Numbered from the stretch's first letter, positions 36,514 to 49,923 are shown. The stretch is 64,000 nucleotides of DNA from Podarcis tiliguerta (GCA_965153285.1 OZ229115.1); one strand, 5' to 3'. The notes: generated by a model not told the origin, from the letters alone. Made by a program: numbers and translations.

Positions 36514-37853
36514 CATAGAATCATAGAATCATAGAATCATAGAATCATAGAGTTGGAAGAGACCACAAGGGTCATCGAGTCCAACCCCCTGCCAAGCAGG
36601 AAACACCATCAGAGCACTCCTGACATATGGTTGTCAAGCCTCTGCTTAAAGACCTCCAAAGAAGGAGACTCCACCACACTCCTTGGCAGCAAATTCCACT
36701 GTCGAACAGCTCTTACTGTCAGGAAGTTCTTCCGAATGTTTAGGTGGAATCTTCTTTCTTGTAGTTTGGATCCATTGCTCCGTGTCCGCTTCTCTGGAGC
36801 AGCAGAAAACAACCTTTCTCCCTCCTCTATGTGACATCCTTTTATATATTTGAACATGGCTATCATATCCCCCCTTAACCTCCTCTTCTCCAGGCTAAAC
36901 ATGCCCAGCTCCCTTAGCCGTTCCTCATAAGGCATCGTTTCCAGGCCTTTGACCATTTTGGTTGCCCTCCTCTGGACACGTTCCAGTTTGTCAGTGTCCT
37001 TCTTGAACTGTGGTGCCCAGAACTGGACACAGTACTCCAGGTGAGGTCTGACCAGAGCAGAATACAGTGGCACTATAACTTCCCTTGATCTAGATGCTAT
37101 ACTCCTATTGATGCAGCCCAGAATTGCATTGGCTTTTTTAGCTGCCGCGTCACACTGTTGGCTCATGTTAAGTTTGTGGTCAACCAAGACTCCTAGATCC
37201 TTTTCACATGTACTGCTCTCAAGCCAGGTGTCACCCATCTTGTATTTGTGCCTCTCATTTTTTTTGCCCAAGTGCAATACTTTACATTTCTCCCTGTTAA
37301 AATTCATCTTGTTTGTTTTGGCCCAGTTCTCTAATCTGTCAAGGTCGTTTTGAAGTGTGATCCTGTCTTCTGGGGTGTTAGCCACCCCTCCCAGTTTGGT
37401 GTCATCTGCAAATTTGATCAGGATGCCCTTGAGTCCATCATCCAAGTCGTTGATAAAGATGTTGAATAAGACCGGGCCCAAGACAGAACCCTGTGGCACC
37501 CCACTAGTCACTCTTCTCCAGGATGAAGAGGAACCATTGATGAGCACCCTTTGGGTCCGGTCAGTCAGCCAGTTACAAATCCACTGAGTGGTAGCATAGT
37601 CAAGACCACATTTTACCAGCTTCTTTACAAGAATATCATGGGGCACCTTGTCAAATGCCTTGCTGAAATCAAGGTAGACTACATCCACTGCGTTCCCTTC
37701 ATCTACCAGGCTTGTAATTCTGTCAAAAAATGAGATCAGGTTAGTCTGACATGACTTATTTTTCAGAAATCCATGCTGACTATTGGTGATCACAGCATTC
37801 CTTTCTAGGTGCTCACAGATTGTTTGCTTAATGATCTGCTCCAGAATCTTCCC
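36514..37853 (-). mobile_element. Young 5'-truncated CR1 LINE
   Basis: (ATTCTATG)n 3' tail at 36514-36550, intact RT frame. Confidence 0.97.
36609..37793 (-). CDS. CR1 ORF2 reverse transcriptase domain and C-terminus (5'-truncated, no endonuclease)
   Basis: [45 protein letters not shown] motifs; no stops over 394 codons. Confidence 0.93.
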   Translation of the reverse strand: MITNSQHGFLKNKSCQTNLISFFDRITSLVDEGNAVDVVYLDFSKAFDKVPHDILVKKLVKCGLDYATTQWICNWLTDRTQRVLINGSSSSWRRVTSGVPQGSVLGPVLFNIFINDLDDGLKGILIKFADDTKLGGVANTPEDRITLQNDLDRLENWAKTNKMNFNREKCKVLHLGKKNERHKYKMGDTWLESSTCEKDLGVLVDHKLNMSQQCDAAAKKANAILGCINRSIASRSREVIVPLYSALVRPHLEYCVQFWAPQFKKDTDKLERVQRRATKMVKGLETMPYEERLRELGMFSLEKRRLRGDMIAMFKYIKGCHIEEGERLFSAAPEKRTRSNGSKLQERRFHLNIRKNFLTVRAVRQWNLLPRSVVESPSLEVFKQRLDNHMSGVL

Positions 37854-38451
37854 TTCCAGTTCCTCCTCAGCCTATATGCACCATCCGTGCTCATGGCTGA
37901 GATGGTGGTGGGTACTATGACCACTGACTCAGGGTCAGAGCTCATTGGAATGCCCAGAGCAACAGTCTGGTTGCCAAGCTGGAGCTTTACAGCTGAGTAA
38001 AATCAGGGACTCTCAAAGCCGCTTTTGCCTGAGACATTAGGGTGTGCCTGGGCACACCCAGCACGCTCTGTGTGCATGCCTATTTTTAAAATGGGCCTTG
38101 TGAGTTTGAAATCTAGAAGTTACCAGCGCATGGAATACAGTAGCCAAGTCAACTCTGTCCTAAAGGCACCTTAGCTGGAGAACCAGCAGGAATTGGAGAC
38201 AGGCAGGAAATCCTACAAGTTCCATTCCCCTTCTGCTACATTAACAGATTTAAAGTCCTTGTCTGCCATCCTGGAGTAGGTTTAGATGGGGCGGAGGAGG
38301 TCCCTTCACCCAGCTTCTGCTGGCAGAGGAGCTCTACTAACAATGGGGGAGCCCCACTGGCTGGAAAGGGGCACCCCACAGGGGGGTTACCTCCACAGAA
38401 GCCAGTGAACCACCATGACAACTTTTGAGGGCAGGTTGAGGGCAGATCTGA

Positions 38452-38984
38452 GGAAGATAGCTCAGTTGGTAGAGTAGGAGACTTTTCATCTGAGGATCAT
38501 GGGTTCGAGCCTGTCAGGAGTGCGTGCAGGAGCCAGGCCCTGTGACCAGTAGGGCCTCGCAGGACTGGGGCTTTCCTAAGTTTGTTCTGGAGAGGCAAGG
38601 CGCGGCTGCACAGGTGAGGCTGATTGGTAACTCACAGCACCTGGTGGCAAGAGCCGGGAAGGGATATAAAGTCAACATTTGCCTTTGACTCTTTGCCACA
38701 GCAGTACGCTTCCTGCCTTGGGCTTCTTGACTCCTTGCTTCCTGATCCTCGGACCCTTGGCTCCTTGGACTTCTTGACTCCTTGCTTCCTGAACCTTGGA
38801 CCCTTGGCTTCCTGACTCCGGTCTTGCCCCCGGTCCTGACATCCTCGGCCGGGACTTCAACCGTCTGTAAACCGGACTGTGACAGAGCCTCACATTGGAT
38901 AGAAGGTTCCTGCATTCCAAGGAGTTGTACTAGAGGATCCTGGTGGTCCCCTCTAACTCTACAGTTCTTTGGTTCTATGATTCT
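38452..38984 (+). mobile_element. tRNA-derived SINE with CR1-like tail, split by a solo LTR
   Basis: A box tagctcagttggtagag, B box gggttcgagcc (to 38511); resumes at 38890 and ends ttctatgattct. Confidence 0.8.
38512..38884 (+). mobile_element. Solo LTR (373 bp, probably Gypsy-type)
   Basis: TGTCA...TGACA termini, 5-bp TSD gagcc (38507-38511, 38885-38889), TATAAA at 38665-38670, internal ~45-bp tandem duplication. Confidence 0.88.
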
Positions 38985-39420
38985 GCCACCACATGACAGC
39001 AATAGGCATGATCCTGGCCTCTTACTTTGCTGGGAATTGGTGCTGCACAGAGGCATTGTTTTGCTCCATCCCCCCTTCCTCCCTGACTGGTTCAAAAAGT
39101 GGTGTTGTAGGCAAGTGGCAGTGGCTACACTGCTCCCTCAAGCCCCACCACTGCTGGCCAGGGGCTTGGGTTACAGACTGCAGTAGCTAAGGATTTGCCC
39201 TTTCATGACACCTAAAGTCAGATGCCCGAGACTGTAGCCTCCCTCTGCCTAATGGTAGAGCCGGATTAGCTGAGTATATTTCCATTAGATCAGTCACCTG
39301 CTTGTCCTGCAATGCCTCACCATCACTCCCTGACCTGCACCATCGCCCACCTGCCTCACTCTGCTTAATGGTATGCCCTGCCTTTATCCACCACAGGCCA
39401 TTGAGAAGTCAGGCATATTA

Positions 39421-39719
39421 GGCCACATTTACAACATACATTTAAAGCACACCACTTCAAGCAGTGATGGCTTCCCCCAAAGAATCATGGGAGCTGTAGT
39501 TTGCTAAGCATCCTGAGAACTGTTAGGAAGGCCTTACAGTTCTCAGGGTGGTTTAACAATCAAGCCTTCTTCATGGGGAACTTTGGAAATGGTAGCTCTG
39601 TGAGGAAAATAGCAGTCTTCTAACTACTCTATAATCCCTTTAACAAGCTACAGCTCCCAGAATTCTTTGGGGGAAGCCAGAGCTGTTTAAAGTGTTTAAA
39701 TGCATGGTGCAAATGTGGC
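39421..39719. mobile_element. Old palindromic MITE
   Basis: Ends gccacattt / aaatgtggc; internal inverted blocks (tttaaa, ttcccccaaagaa, gggagctgtag). Confidence 0.65.
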
Positions 39720-40262
39720 ATCAGTTTTGCACACGACCTATTTTCTGTCCATCGCTGCTTAATTCATTTTATTTATTTATTTATTTATTTAGTTACTTAC
39801 TTACTTACTAAAATATTTATACATTGTTGCATTATAAAAAATAAAAAATAACATCACAGTGGTTTACAACAATATAAAAACATGAAACCAAACAATGATA
39901 GCAAAAAATGTTGAAAACAAGTTAAAAGCAAATTGAAATTGAAAACAAGAAAGTTACTCCAATAAAGTTACCCGACACTTCCAGAAAGATAAGGGACCAT
40001 CTTCCCTAATTTGCTAGAGGGCTCCCAAAACTTGGAACTGGTCCTCTGTACAGGGGTAGACTTTGGTTTTTCAAATTCCAGTGGTGTCCTGTGTGAGGCC
40101 GAAATTTGGCGCCCTTGCTTCTCACTTTTCATCCTACTCAGTTCACTACATCACAGTTGTGGTGCCTTGCAGTGGTCCCTAGGTTTGGTGCCCAGTGCAG
40201 TGGAACTGGGCACCCTGCCCTAAATTTGCCTCTGCTTTGTGTGTTTTTAAATGTATATCTTC

Positions 40263-40460
40263 AGAACATAAGGCGAGCCCTGCTGTATAAAGAGACAAAG
40301 GCCTACCTAGTCTAGCACCCTGTCTTCAAGTGGCCAATCAAATGCCTATGGGAAGCCCCCAAACAAGAGCTGAGTGCAATACCACTCTCCCTTCCTGTGG
40401 GAAGTGGTATTCAGAAGCAACTGGTATTCAAAAGCATTACAGCCTCTGACAGTGAAAGTA
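40263..40460 (-). mobile_element. Degenerate CR1-like 3' end
   Basis: agaacataag...ctggtattcagaagc; related to 60965-61140. Confidence 0.5.
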
Positions 40461-42396
40461 GAATCTAATGGCAAGGAGGTACTTTGCCTTTAAGTTAAAG
40501 ATGGTCACGGTGGCTTATGATAAGCACTGCCTCAGGGGAGCCTTGCATATCCATCAGCCTGTATTGACTTGCTGATAAACTATCTGCAAAGTTTGCACTG
40601 ATCAAACTTTCCCAGTCTATCAGAGACTTGCAGTCCCCTTGTTTATTGCACACATGCTCCTGGCAATCAGAATATGCCACCCTGACCCACACATTCCATA
40701 GACACTCCTTTGTCCATTCTTCTCCTGATGACTAAGTTCAGGTCACACAGAATGAGAATGGCATCATATGATGTCCATTTCCATTCAGGCCTTGGGTGTG
40801 TGAAGTCTGCGTTCTGAGGGATCACAAGATAGCAAAGAGTGGGTGGCCTTGCATCCTATTGCGTAAGGTTGAGTGATCAGAGGCACAGTTTGAGCCAGCT
40901 TTTCCCTTAACAGGCAGTTTTGATTGACAAATGATGCTTCTGAGGCAGGCATCCAGTGTGACTATGCTGAGCACCCTCTGCTAGATCCCAAACCCGTCCC
41001 CATACCAGACCACTTGAAAACTGCTGAGGATCTTAGTGGACTACTCAATTTATTTTCTTCTGCCTGTTGTAGCAATCACAAAGTGCTGTTCTAGATACTG
41101 TACCATGTGGTTTTTATTTGCATTTTATTGCTTCTTTGATTTCTTATTGCAGAATTTTATAGAATTCAGATGGTAACTTTCCTTCACAGACAAGCCACGG
41201 ACCTCCTGAATGAAGATCGTCAACTGCTGGTGATCAGTAGGCCACAGTTTGGGAATCTCTGCCTTAGGATGCTTAACACAGTCTTGCTGGGAAAGCCCTC
41301 TGCCAAAAAACTGCTGTGTGTATAAATAAAGCAGGTGTTTAAATAGCCTCCTCCCTGACTTTGTCTCTAATCTTCAAAGTACGGCACCACCAGAAGCCTC
41401 AAAGGCTCTTCTGCAAGTAATATAAGGGCATTTGGAGGGACAGGTTTGCATTCCTTTCTTGGTCATCCACACTCCTCTTTAATGTTAGAAGGGAGAAATT
41501 TATCCGTATCCAACAATGAGGCCCATTTCTTTTGAAAAGTGCCTTTGTGACTTTGATATCCCCCCCCCCCACGAAATTTCCTGGAGCCAGGACCTGCTAT
41601 TATTGTTATTACTAATAATGACTGTCCGCTTGTATAGCAGTCAGTACAATGGAGTCTTTTTCTGGGATGAGTCTTTCAGGTATTTATTTGATTCAAAGGG
41701 CAACTTTTGCATTGACACCGAGTATTTTCTGTGAGGATGCTGGCTGAATCCTTTTAAATAAAGTAAGAAACAGAGATGGCATGATCTGGCTATTAAGCAC
41801 TTTTTATGTCATTTATAGACTCACCCACATTTTTGCTTGAGCCATATTTTGATTGTATTGTGTGCTAATTAACTCTCCCAGGTCTGAGAGCTTTTTTCAT
41901 TCTTTCATGACTATGCCTTGGGAAAATCTGCTCTGACCCATTGAGTTGAAGCTTGGTTAGGCAAAATCTCTTTGGATTTTTCACACATCTGATAAGATCT
42001 GCCTCAGCACAGAACAGAAGAGTTCACAAGTTCTCGGGTGGAGGCGGGGGAACAAATCTGTACACAATACAGTATGATCAAAATACAGTTCAAGTGAAAG
42101 TGTGGATGAGCCCTTTATTTCATTGGGAGAAATTTAAGCACATGCTTAACTTTAGCATCAAAATCACTGGCTAGATTGTAGATTTCACTGGCTGGATTGT
42201 ACCAAAAGGGCCCTAAGGTTCTGGCAGCCATCCTGTTGGACACAGTAGGTCTTATTCTCAAGTAACTATGCAAAGAATACCAAAAAAAAAAAAAAAAGGC
42301 TTAAGCCTTCCTATTCCCTTTCAGGGTACTGTTTTTAGGCTAGAAAGGCAAGCCCATTTCACAAACTAAGGAGGGAGCTCCCACTAAGCAGTAGAG

Positions 42397-42651
42397 CAGG
42401 GGTCAGCAAACTTTTCCAGCAAGGGGCTGGTCCACTGTCCCTCAGACCTTGTGGGGGGGCTGGACTATATTTTGAAAAAAAAAATATATGAACGAATTCC
42501 TATACCCCACAAATAACCCAGAGATGCATTTTAAATAAAAGCACGCATTCTACTCATGTAAAAACACGCTGATTCCCAGGCCGTCCGTGGGCCGGATTTA
42601 GAAGGCGATTGGGCCGGATCTGGCCCCCAGGCCTTAGTTTGTCTACCCATG
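42397..42651. mobile_element. hAT-type MITE
   Basis: caggggtcagcaaac / gtttgtctacccatg; 8-bp TSD cagtagag. Confidence 0.9.
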
Positions 42652-43929
42652 CAGTAGAGTCACGGAATACCTTCCCTGTTGCTCCACTCATAACCATGGT
42701 CCACTTCCCCCACCATCTGCAGTGAGGCAGAATTTGAAGTCTTGTTTCCTAAAGTGGGTGGGACAGTGGACTTTAGACAAGGAGGTGCAGCAGGACAGTC
42801 AGACTCTGCTGGAGAAGAATTCAAACAATAAGGGGTTCTTTCCCCAACCCAACCCAGTACAGAGGCATTATGATAAACTAAAGATGGAAATTAAACAAAT
42901 GATGCCTTTGCCAGAACATCATCACTATCCCATGGCAACAGGTTGCGCCTTCTGGATTTCTGCCTGCCATGAAGCTGTTAGAGGTAAAATGGTTGAGATC
43001 AAAGGTGGCAAATTGTCCCGGGGACCCATCTCAGTAAGCACTGTGAACAGGACCCTCAGCTGCCTGGTTGGAAGAAGAAAAACCTGTTGTGGCCTGCTTA
43101 GGTTTTTAACAGCAATTTGCTGGGCAGAAGTCAACAGATGAAATTTTTCACAGCGCACAGATAAGCATTACAACTTGCTACTGTTGGCAGATCAGGTCTA
43201 TTTTAAAGGCACAGGACCCAGGATTTCTAAGAACTTGGGGAAGAATCCACCAGCACATGTGGTTTCCCCCCTCAATGAAGCACTGTGATAGGAAAAGTTG
43301 GATCTGGAGAAAATTCTCTCTTACCTACATACATGCAACTCTTAAGTGACTTTGTTTGCTTATCATGTTTTGGTTCTTGGTAACTTCCTAACAGCCGGAT
43401 TTTGATGGAGACAGTAAGATTTAGAGCCTCTCTCCCCAGCTAGCTAATCACTATGGGATTTCTCCATAGCTTTCTGTTTGCCCCGTTGGCCTCTTGGAAA
43501 GTACTGGATGGCAGCTGGATATTTACTTGTTTCTTTTGATCAGCCAAGAATGAATTAGGAATCTAAGCATGTGTGCTAAGTACACAGGGACTGACTACCC
43601 TGATCCCTGGCATGTGGCAGCATCAGAGCATCAGATTACAGATTGGGCTGCGGGTGAGGAGGAGAGAAGCTACTCTATGAGCAAACACCTTAGTAGAGTA
43701 ACAGAGCAAGCATATCGCCATGCAGCCTTTACATCCTATGAGTGCAAAGGTGCTGATAAAATGTTGTTTCAAGCTGCTGGATAATAAAGACAGAAAGGCC
43801 CTGCCAAGCAACCAGAAAATGGTCAGAGCATCTTCAGCTTCTTTTCACCTTTGCGTGGTAAGTTGCACCTGCTGAAATTATTCTGCGGAACCTTTCAGGG
43901 AACAAGGAGCAACATCCCGTACTTTGGAA

Positions 43930-44165
43930 ATGAGAGCTAATGTGGCAATGTGCACTGCTTCAGAACAGGACTGGTGAGATCTGGGTTCAAATTCCTCATT
44001 TGGTTATGAAAGTTACTGGGGGACTCTGGGCCAGTCCCCAACTCTCAGCCCAACCTACCTCGTAGGGTTGCTGTGATAAAATAAAAGGGTGGGAGGTGGA
44101 AGAAATCTGTTGAGCAATCTCAAGCTCCTTGGAGGAAAGATGGTCCATAAATGAAATAATTATAA
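43930..44165 (+). mobile_element. CORE/MIR-like SINE
   Basis: gggttcaaattcc B box, ctctgggccagtc...cctacctcgtagggttgctgtg, AT-rich tail. Confidence 0.65.
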
Positions 44166-46079
44166 AATAGGTCCTTCTTTGCATTTGGCCAACCCCAGAA
44201 AACCTTTGCATCAAAATTCTTCAAATGCTTGAAGATATCTAGATATCTAGAGTTTAAAAAATCATCATCATCATCATCATTTTTAATTTGTATACCGTCT
44301 TTCTATCTTACAATACTCAAGGTGGTTTACAAGCTGAAGAAACAAAGAAATGTACATTTTATAACAATCTAGTGCAATACAAAAATGCGATAATAAAACA
44401 TAACTTTAAAATAAGCAACCTACATCAAAAAGTAACATTCAACAATCATTAGAATAGTATAAAATAATAATATCAGCATATAAAAGTTAATTCACCCTCA
44501 ACAGTTACGATAAATAATTTATAAACTATAATCAATAAAACAATGGCAAGCCACAGTACATAAAATAATACAATAGAAATTGAGAAGCAGAGACTAGAGG
44601 TTGGAGCAAGGCAGGTGGAAGAGAGCCTTGCCTGATTAAGTCTCTCCCATCATAGTTCTTCCTACAGGCACAGCTTCCTTATGAGCATGAAGCTAACTCC
44701 AAACTGAGTACCAACAACCCCTGGTTCAAACTGGAGCTGCTTACATCCTGCTAGTGGTAAGTATAACATAATGCAATTTTAGGAACCAGGGGGCCTGATT
44801 TCAAATTCTGATGTTGGTGGATGATACTCCTGCTTTTTTGCTGTGCTAAACATGTTATATGTGACGGCCTACTGGCTTCCTTGGGTCACTAGGCTTAGCT
44901 GGTGCCATATGCCCCTCAGCCGAGAATTTTTGAGAAAGGCAAGTGGCCTCACTTCTCAGCCTGATGAAAAACTGTCTTCTATTCTACCATTCCGTTGTAA
45001 GATAATAAATGTGCTAGATGTCACAGCAATCAATTACTTTAAGAGCATTGTTAATTTTCAATTACTGATGCATTACTATGGGGAAGCTGGTAATATAAAA
45101 AGGAAATGATGGAGTTTAGATAATTTTTTTGTTATATAGAAACAATTCAGTTCTTCAGAAGTTTGCTGCCAGGATAGCTAGGCTGCTTAAACCCCATTTA
45201 AGGATACATTTGTAAACATCCTAATGTGAAACATTGGAACTGAATGTAACATTGGCTCTGCACTTTAGAACTCCCAAGAAGCTGCCTTCCCTATATTCTT
45301 TTCAGTGCCTACTAAAAAAATTCTTATTTATACCAACCTACTCAGATGCTTAGGAAGTCTAAGTACATAATTTTAATCTGTTTTAGCATTTTAACTTTTA
45401 TATGTTTTAAAGTACTGTTGCATTATTTATTTATTTGCTTGCTTTTTGTAAACAATGCTGAGGTTTGTTTGATATTCACAATCAAGGGGTGCATGAGTTT
45501 TATGAAATAAAATCCATAAATAAACCTTGGCAAGTAAAGTTAAAAACCCAAATTTTATCCATGTCCACCCATAAAGTATTCCCCTCCCCTCTCGCAGCAT
45601 CTTAAACCTGCTTTGCATCACCCAATGCAGCAACATCACATGAGGTACCAGACATTGGTGCACCGCACCTTGCTTGCTCTTTGCGGTGAGAATGTCAAGG
45701 GAACCCTCAGAACAGTGCATGAATGGGAGGAGAAGGAGAAACATTCTGTCTGGCAAGTTGAAATGCTTGCACAGATAGAACAATCATAGCATCATAAAAC
45801 TGAAGAGTTGGAAGGGACCTCAAGTGTCATCTAGTTCAACATCCTGAAATGCAGGAATGTGATAGCATGGCACTGAATTTTGCGCTCCTAACAATTTGGC
45901 CCCCGGGGCAACTGCCCCTGTAGCCAAAGTAAATAGCAAGACAAACCATGCAGGTTTTATCAGAAGCCAAATTGCAGCAGATCAGAAAGAGTGGTGATTG
46001 CAACATCCATAGGATGGGCTGGAAATCACTGCCTGCTTACATCCCTGACTGCGACTTGTGAGGGTTGGATAGTTTAGCC

Positions 46080-46269
46080 CAGGGGTCAGCAAACTTTGTC
46101 AGCAGGTGGCCGGTCCACTGTCCATCAGACTTGGAGGGGGGGCGGACTATATTTTGAAGGGGAAAATTCTACTTATGTAAAAAACGCAGATTCCTGGACC
46201 ATCTGTGGGCCAGATTTAGAAGGCAATGGGGCCGGATCCAGGCCCCAGGCCTTAGTTTGCCTACCCATG
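46080..46269. mobile_element. hAT-type MITE (internally deleted relative of the 42397 copy)
   Basis: Same TIRs; 8-bp TSD gtttagcc. Confidence 0.9.
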
Positions 46270-47120
46270 GTTTAGCCTTTCTTATCTCCAACAAACCTGT
46301 GCTAAGAAGTTCCCAGAACATCCTCACATTTAGTTAGGATCAGTAATGGAAGGAAGTTAAGTGCACCTTCCTGCGTATTCATGAGATTTAAATGTCACCC
46401 TTTACTTAAAGTTGCAGACAGTGAGTTGAAAGGAGGGATTTCTGCTCTTGATGTTAATGCTTATTTACTTTCAACTCTGATAAGCAGGTTTTGCACTGTT
46501 TTAGAAACTTGCAAGGTGTGTTTTTTTCTAGAGTCTACATGAGACAAAGAAACATGTTCTTATATCAAATGAAGCAAAGCATTTTCTCCGCTATTTTTGT
46601 CTCCCTTCAGAATTATTATCTGTCTCCAGCTTAATATGCTTAGATGGCCACCATCAGGAAGCCATCAGTGCATTTTATTCTCATTGCAGATAGCTTTTAC
46701 CATCCCCAGTACACAGATGAAACTCTGAGAAGTGTAATTATTTGCTCAAGGTCACACAAGGAAACTGTGTCAGAGCAGATGGCTGAAATAGAAGAAGGAG
46801 CTGTCTGGTTTCAGAGCTTATCCACACCTCCATTTCCCCCCTCGGCTTTCCCCTGGGAACACCCATGGTTTAGCGCTGAATTGGAACAAAGGGCAATCGG
46901 GTTTCCCTCGGATTGCTGTTTGTTCTGGTGTAGTTACAAAGAGTGGGCTTTCTGGGAGAAAGCAGCTGGCGAAAGGCATAACTGCTTGGACCTAGAAAGC
47001 ACAGGCAAGCAGAAAACCATGTAGGCCCATGCTTTCTAGGCACGGGAAAAGCAGGACTGTGGACAAGCCCTAGGTACACGAAGTGCCCATGTAATCCATT
47101 GTTTTAGCTTTAATCTAAGG

Positions 47121-47257
47121 CAGTGTTTTCCAAACTTGGGTCTCTAGTTGTTTTTGGACTACAGTTCCCATAAACCCTGACCACTGGTCCTGCTAGCTAG
47201 GGATGATGGGAGTTGTAGTCCAAAAAACAGCTGGAGACCCAAGTTTGTGAAACACTG
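47121..47257. mobile_element. Palindromic hAT-type MITE
   Basis: Self-complementary, same core as the 17976 copy; TSD atctaagg/atctaaga. Confidence 0.85.
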
Positions 47258-47364
47258 ATCTAAGACCTAGTTCTCACTGCAGGTGGGGGCTAACATGAGA
47301 ATGAATGCTTCCCCCCCCAAAAAAAAGCAGTTCCCCAAATATTTATTTATTTCATAATAGCTAT

Positions 47365-47483
47365 ATAATGCCACGGTTGTGGGTTTGATCCCACTATGGA
47401 ACACCTGCATATTCCTGCAATGCAATGGGTTGGACTAGATGATCCTCAGAGTCCTGCCCAACTCTGCAGTTCTATGATTCTAT
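47365..47483 (+). mobile_element. tRNA-derived SINE fragment with CR1-like tail
   Basis: gggtttgatcc B box, gggttggactagatgatcc...ttctatgattct. Confidence 0.6.
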
Positions 47484-49424
47484 ATATTGCTTGATGGTTT
47501 TTATTTTTAAAAAAACCCCTCAAAGCAGTTTTTTAAAAAAAGATAAAACAATGAAATTATCAGTAAAAAAAATGTTTAAAAGAACAATGTAAAGCATTAA
47601 AAAAAAAAAGTAAAACCAACAATAAGCCAAAAATCAGATTAAAACACATGTCAACATTCCACATATCTGGATAGGCTTAGGTGCCTGCCTGATGTCAATT
47701 GTCAGGGAGTTCCACAGTGTGCGTGTTGCCCTTCTAAAATACCAGTTCCTTACAAATGCAGAGCGAGTATTATATGGAACCTGTAACAGTGCCAGTTTCT
47801 CAGATTGGAGCATCCTCGCAGGAATATGTTGGGTACAAATTGGGTGATCTGATCACTGTTGTACCACCACCTCATCCAAACTAATTTGGCATTCATCCTA
47901 CCAGAGTCTCCAATAGGATGGCTACCATTCTTCAGTTTATTCAGCTGCTGGTTTTAAAAAAAGCACAGAAACAAACCCAGAGACTCTTGAGACACTTGGA
48001 AATATACAATAGTAATTAAAGCAAAGTACAACAACAATGCATTTGCTCTGTGTTACCCATCTTCCCCATTGCCCTTGCAGAAATGCGCCTGGCAGCAAAG
48101 AAGAGGTTCCTCTTGGCGATGGCATTCATTATATGGTGCGGGCCTAGCATTACACCACCCAAAGGCATCATTAAGAAGTGCAGATGATCATTTTCTCTGC
48201 CTCTCTCCACATGAAGCCCAGACTTAAGAATTCTGCTGTTCCTCCAAGTGCTGAGATTACCCAAGCTTCAACTTCCAGGCTGCCTTTAGACCACCAAATG
48301 GTATAATTAAATCACGACCCAGTAGCTTGCTATTATTCCTGCTTCCCAACCAATGGGAACTGACAGAGCTGAACTAGCATCTGAAAAATGCATAAGACTT
48401 AAAGGGATTGAAAACCACTACTTATCATACAGTCCAGTATCATCCCATTGTTTCCCGGGGCTCTGCCATCTATCATGTGTTGTTCTTGTCCTACATTCAA
48501 ACTGTTATCTCTTTGAAGCAGGGAATAGTTTTCTTTTTCTGTGTGCTTAGTATACAGCACAGAGGGAATCAGCGTCACAGCTGGGTCTCTAGAGGTAGAT
48601 ACTACTAAGAAAATGCTTCAGGGTTAAAGCTGTGAAATGTCAGCCATGCTAACTTTGAAGGACTAATATCATTTCCTCATTTGCTCCTAAGATTCAGGGT
48701 CTCGTCTCATGATCACTTCTGTCCATGGCAACTTTAACAAAGCCTAGTCTCTGCAGACTTTTTGAAATGCTTCTGTAAGCACCCACAACCATGCATTGCA
48801 TTGGCTTCAGTTGATCACGAGAGTCGTAATTAAAGTTCAACAATATCTGGAGGGCCACAGGTTCCCCACCCCTGGTTTTTGATGTGTTGGTGTGTCTGCT
48901 GAGCTACATTTGTTTCACACATTTAATGTTTCAGGTTTGCAGCACAATCCTGTGCATGTTTATTTGTAATCTGGTCCCAATGAATTCAATGGGACTTACA
49001 ACCAAGTCAACATGCATAGGATTACAGCCTTAGTGTGTATTCAACAGGTAGCTGTAGTCAATCCCAGTTCGCTGACACATGTACTTCCATTTCACACATG
49101 AAGTGGTCCACAGTATGGTTATATTATGCTGGAAGCCAAATCCAGCCTTTTGTGGCAGATGCTCCAGTGCTCAAATTATAGGGCGAAAGACATGAAGGAC
49201 TATTTGTGAAATCTGCAAGACCCAGACCCTGACTCTCCCAGGTATGCCCTTCCAAAAACAATACACAAAGTATTGTTAGGCTTTGTTAATGTACTAAACT
49301 GTTATAGCTGCCCCATAGGCTCTCTAAAGGACTCACAGAACAAATGCAACAATTACGGAGCAATAGAAACTGTTAAAATTAAAAACACAATTAGAACTTG
49401 GATTTCAAAATTAAGTCATCCAGG

Positions 49425-49683
49425 TTATTTTTTGAAATGTGTTTTTATTAAAGATTTTCTTGGTTTACAAAAGTATGTGCAATGTCTTTCTCCCTTTTTT
49501 CAAGTAACATTTTTTTACAGATCAGTTTCATTTCTTGAGACATTAGGAAGAAAAGGGAAAAAGAGGTGGAGGGGGAAAGGGGGGTGGGGGTGGGTGGCGA
49601 TGTTTCTATTTTCCTTAATATATGTGGGATTTTGTGTCAGCGTCACTTGTGCAGGTTCTCTGCTATTCACTTGTGTTAGTCAA
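49425..49683 (-). mobile_element. 5'-truncated LINE 3'-UTR fragment (L1-like)
   Basis: Minus-strand AATAAA and A-rich tail at 49426-49449; TSD agtcatccagg at 49414-49424 and 49729-49739. Confidence 0.6.
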
Positions 49684-49786
49684 GGTTGTTGTCTTTTTGG
49701 CCTTCTTGTTCACCCAGGCTTTTTCAATAGTCATCCAGGCTATTGAAAAAGCCTGGGTGAACAAGAAGGCCAAAAAGACCACAACC
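49684..49786. repeat. Near-perfect palindrome (47-bp arms, 9-nt loop)
   Basis: 49691-49730 is the exact reverse complement of 49740-49779, extending 7 bp with one mismatch. Confidence 0.97.
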
Positions 49787-49923
49787 CCGGCAACAAGTAA
49801 ACCTCTTTGGGAAGATGGTTCCCTAAGTGAGGTGCCACTATCAAAAAGCCCCTGCCCCCGGGACTTACCCTGCCTCACCTCATTTGGTGGGGCACTCTGA
49901 GCAAGGCTTTAAGCAAGTGCTTA

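Noticed and set aside
38452-38511. tRNA gene
   Set aside because: Degenerate tRNA-like head continuing into a SINE body; no full cloverleaf
38514-39095. 193-aa ORF with internal repeats
   Set aside because: Antisense reading of the LTR tandem duplication
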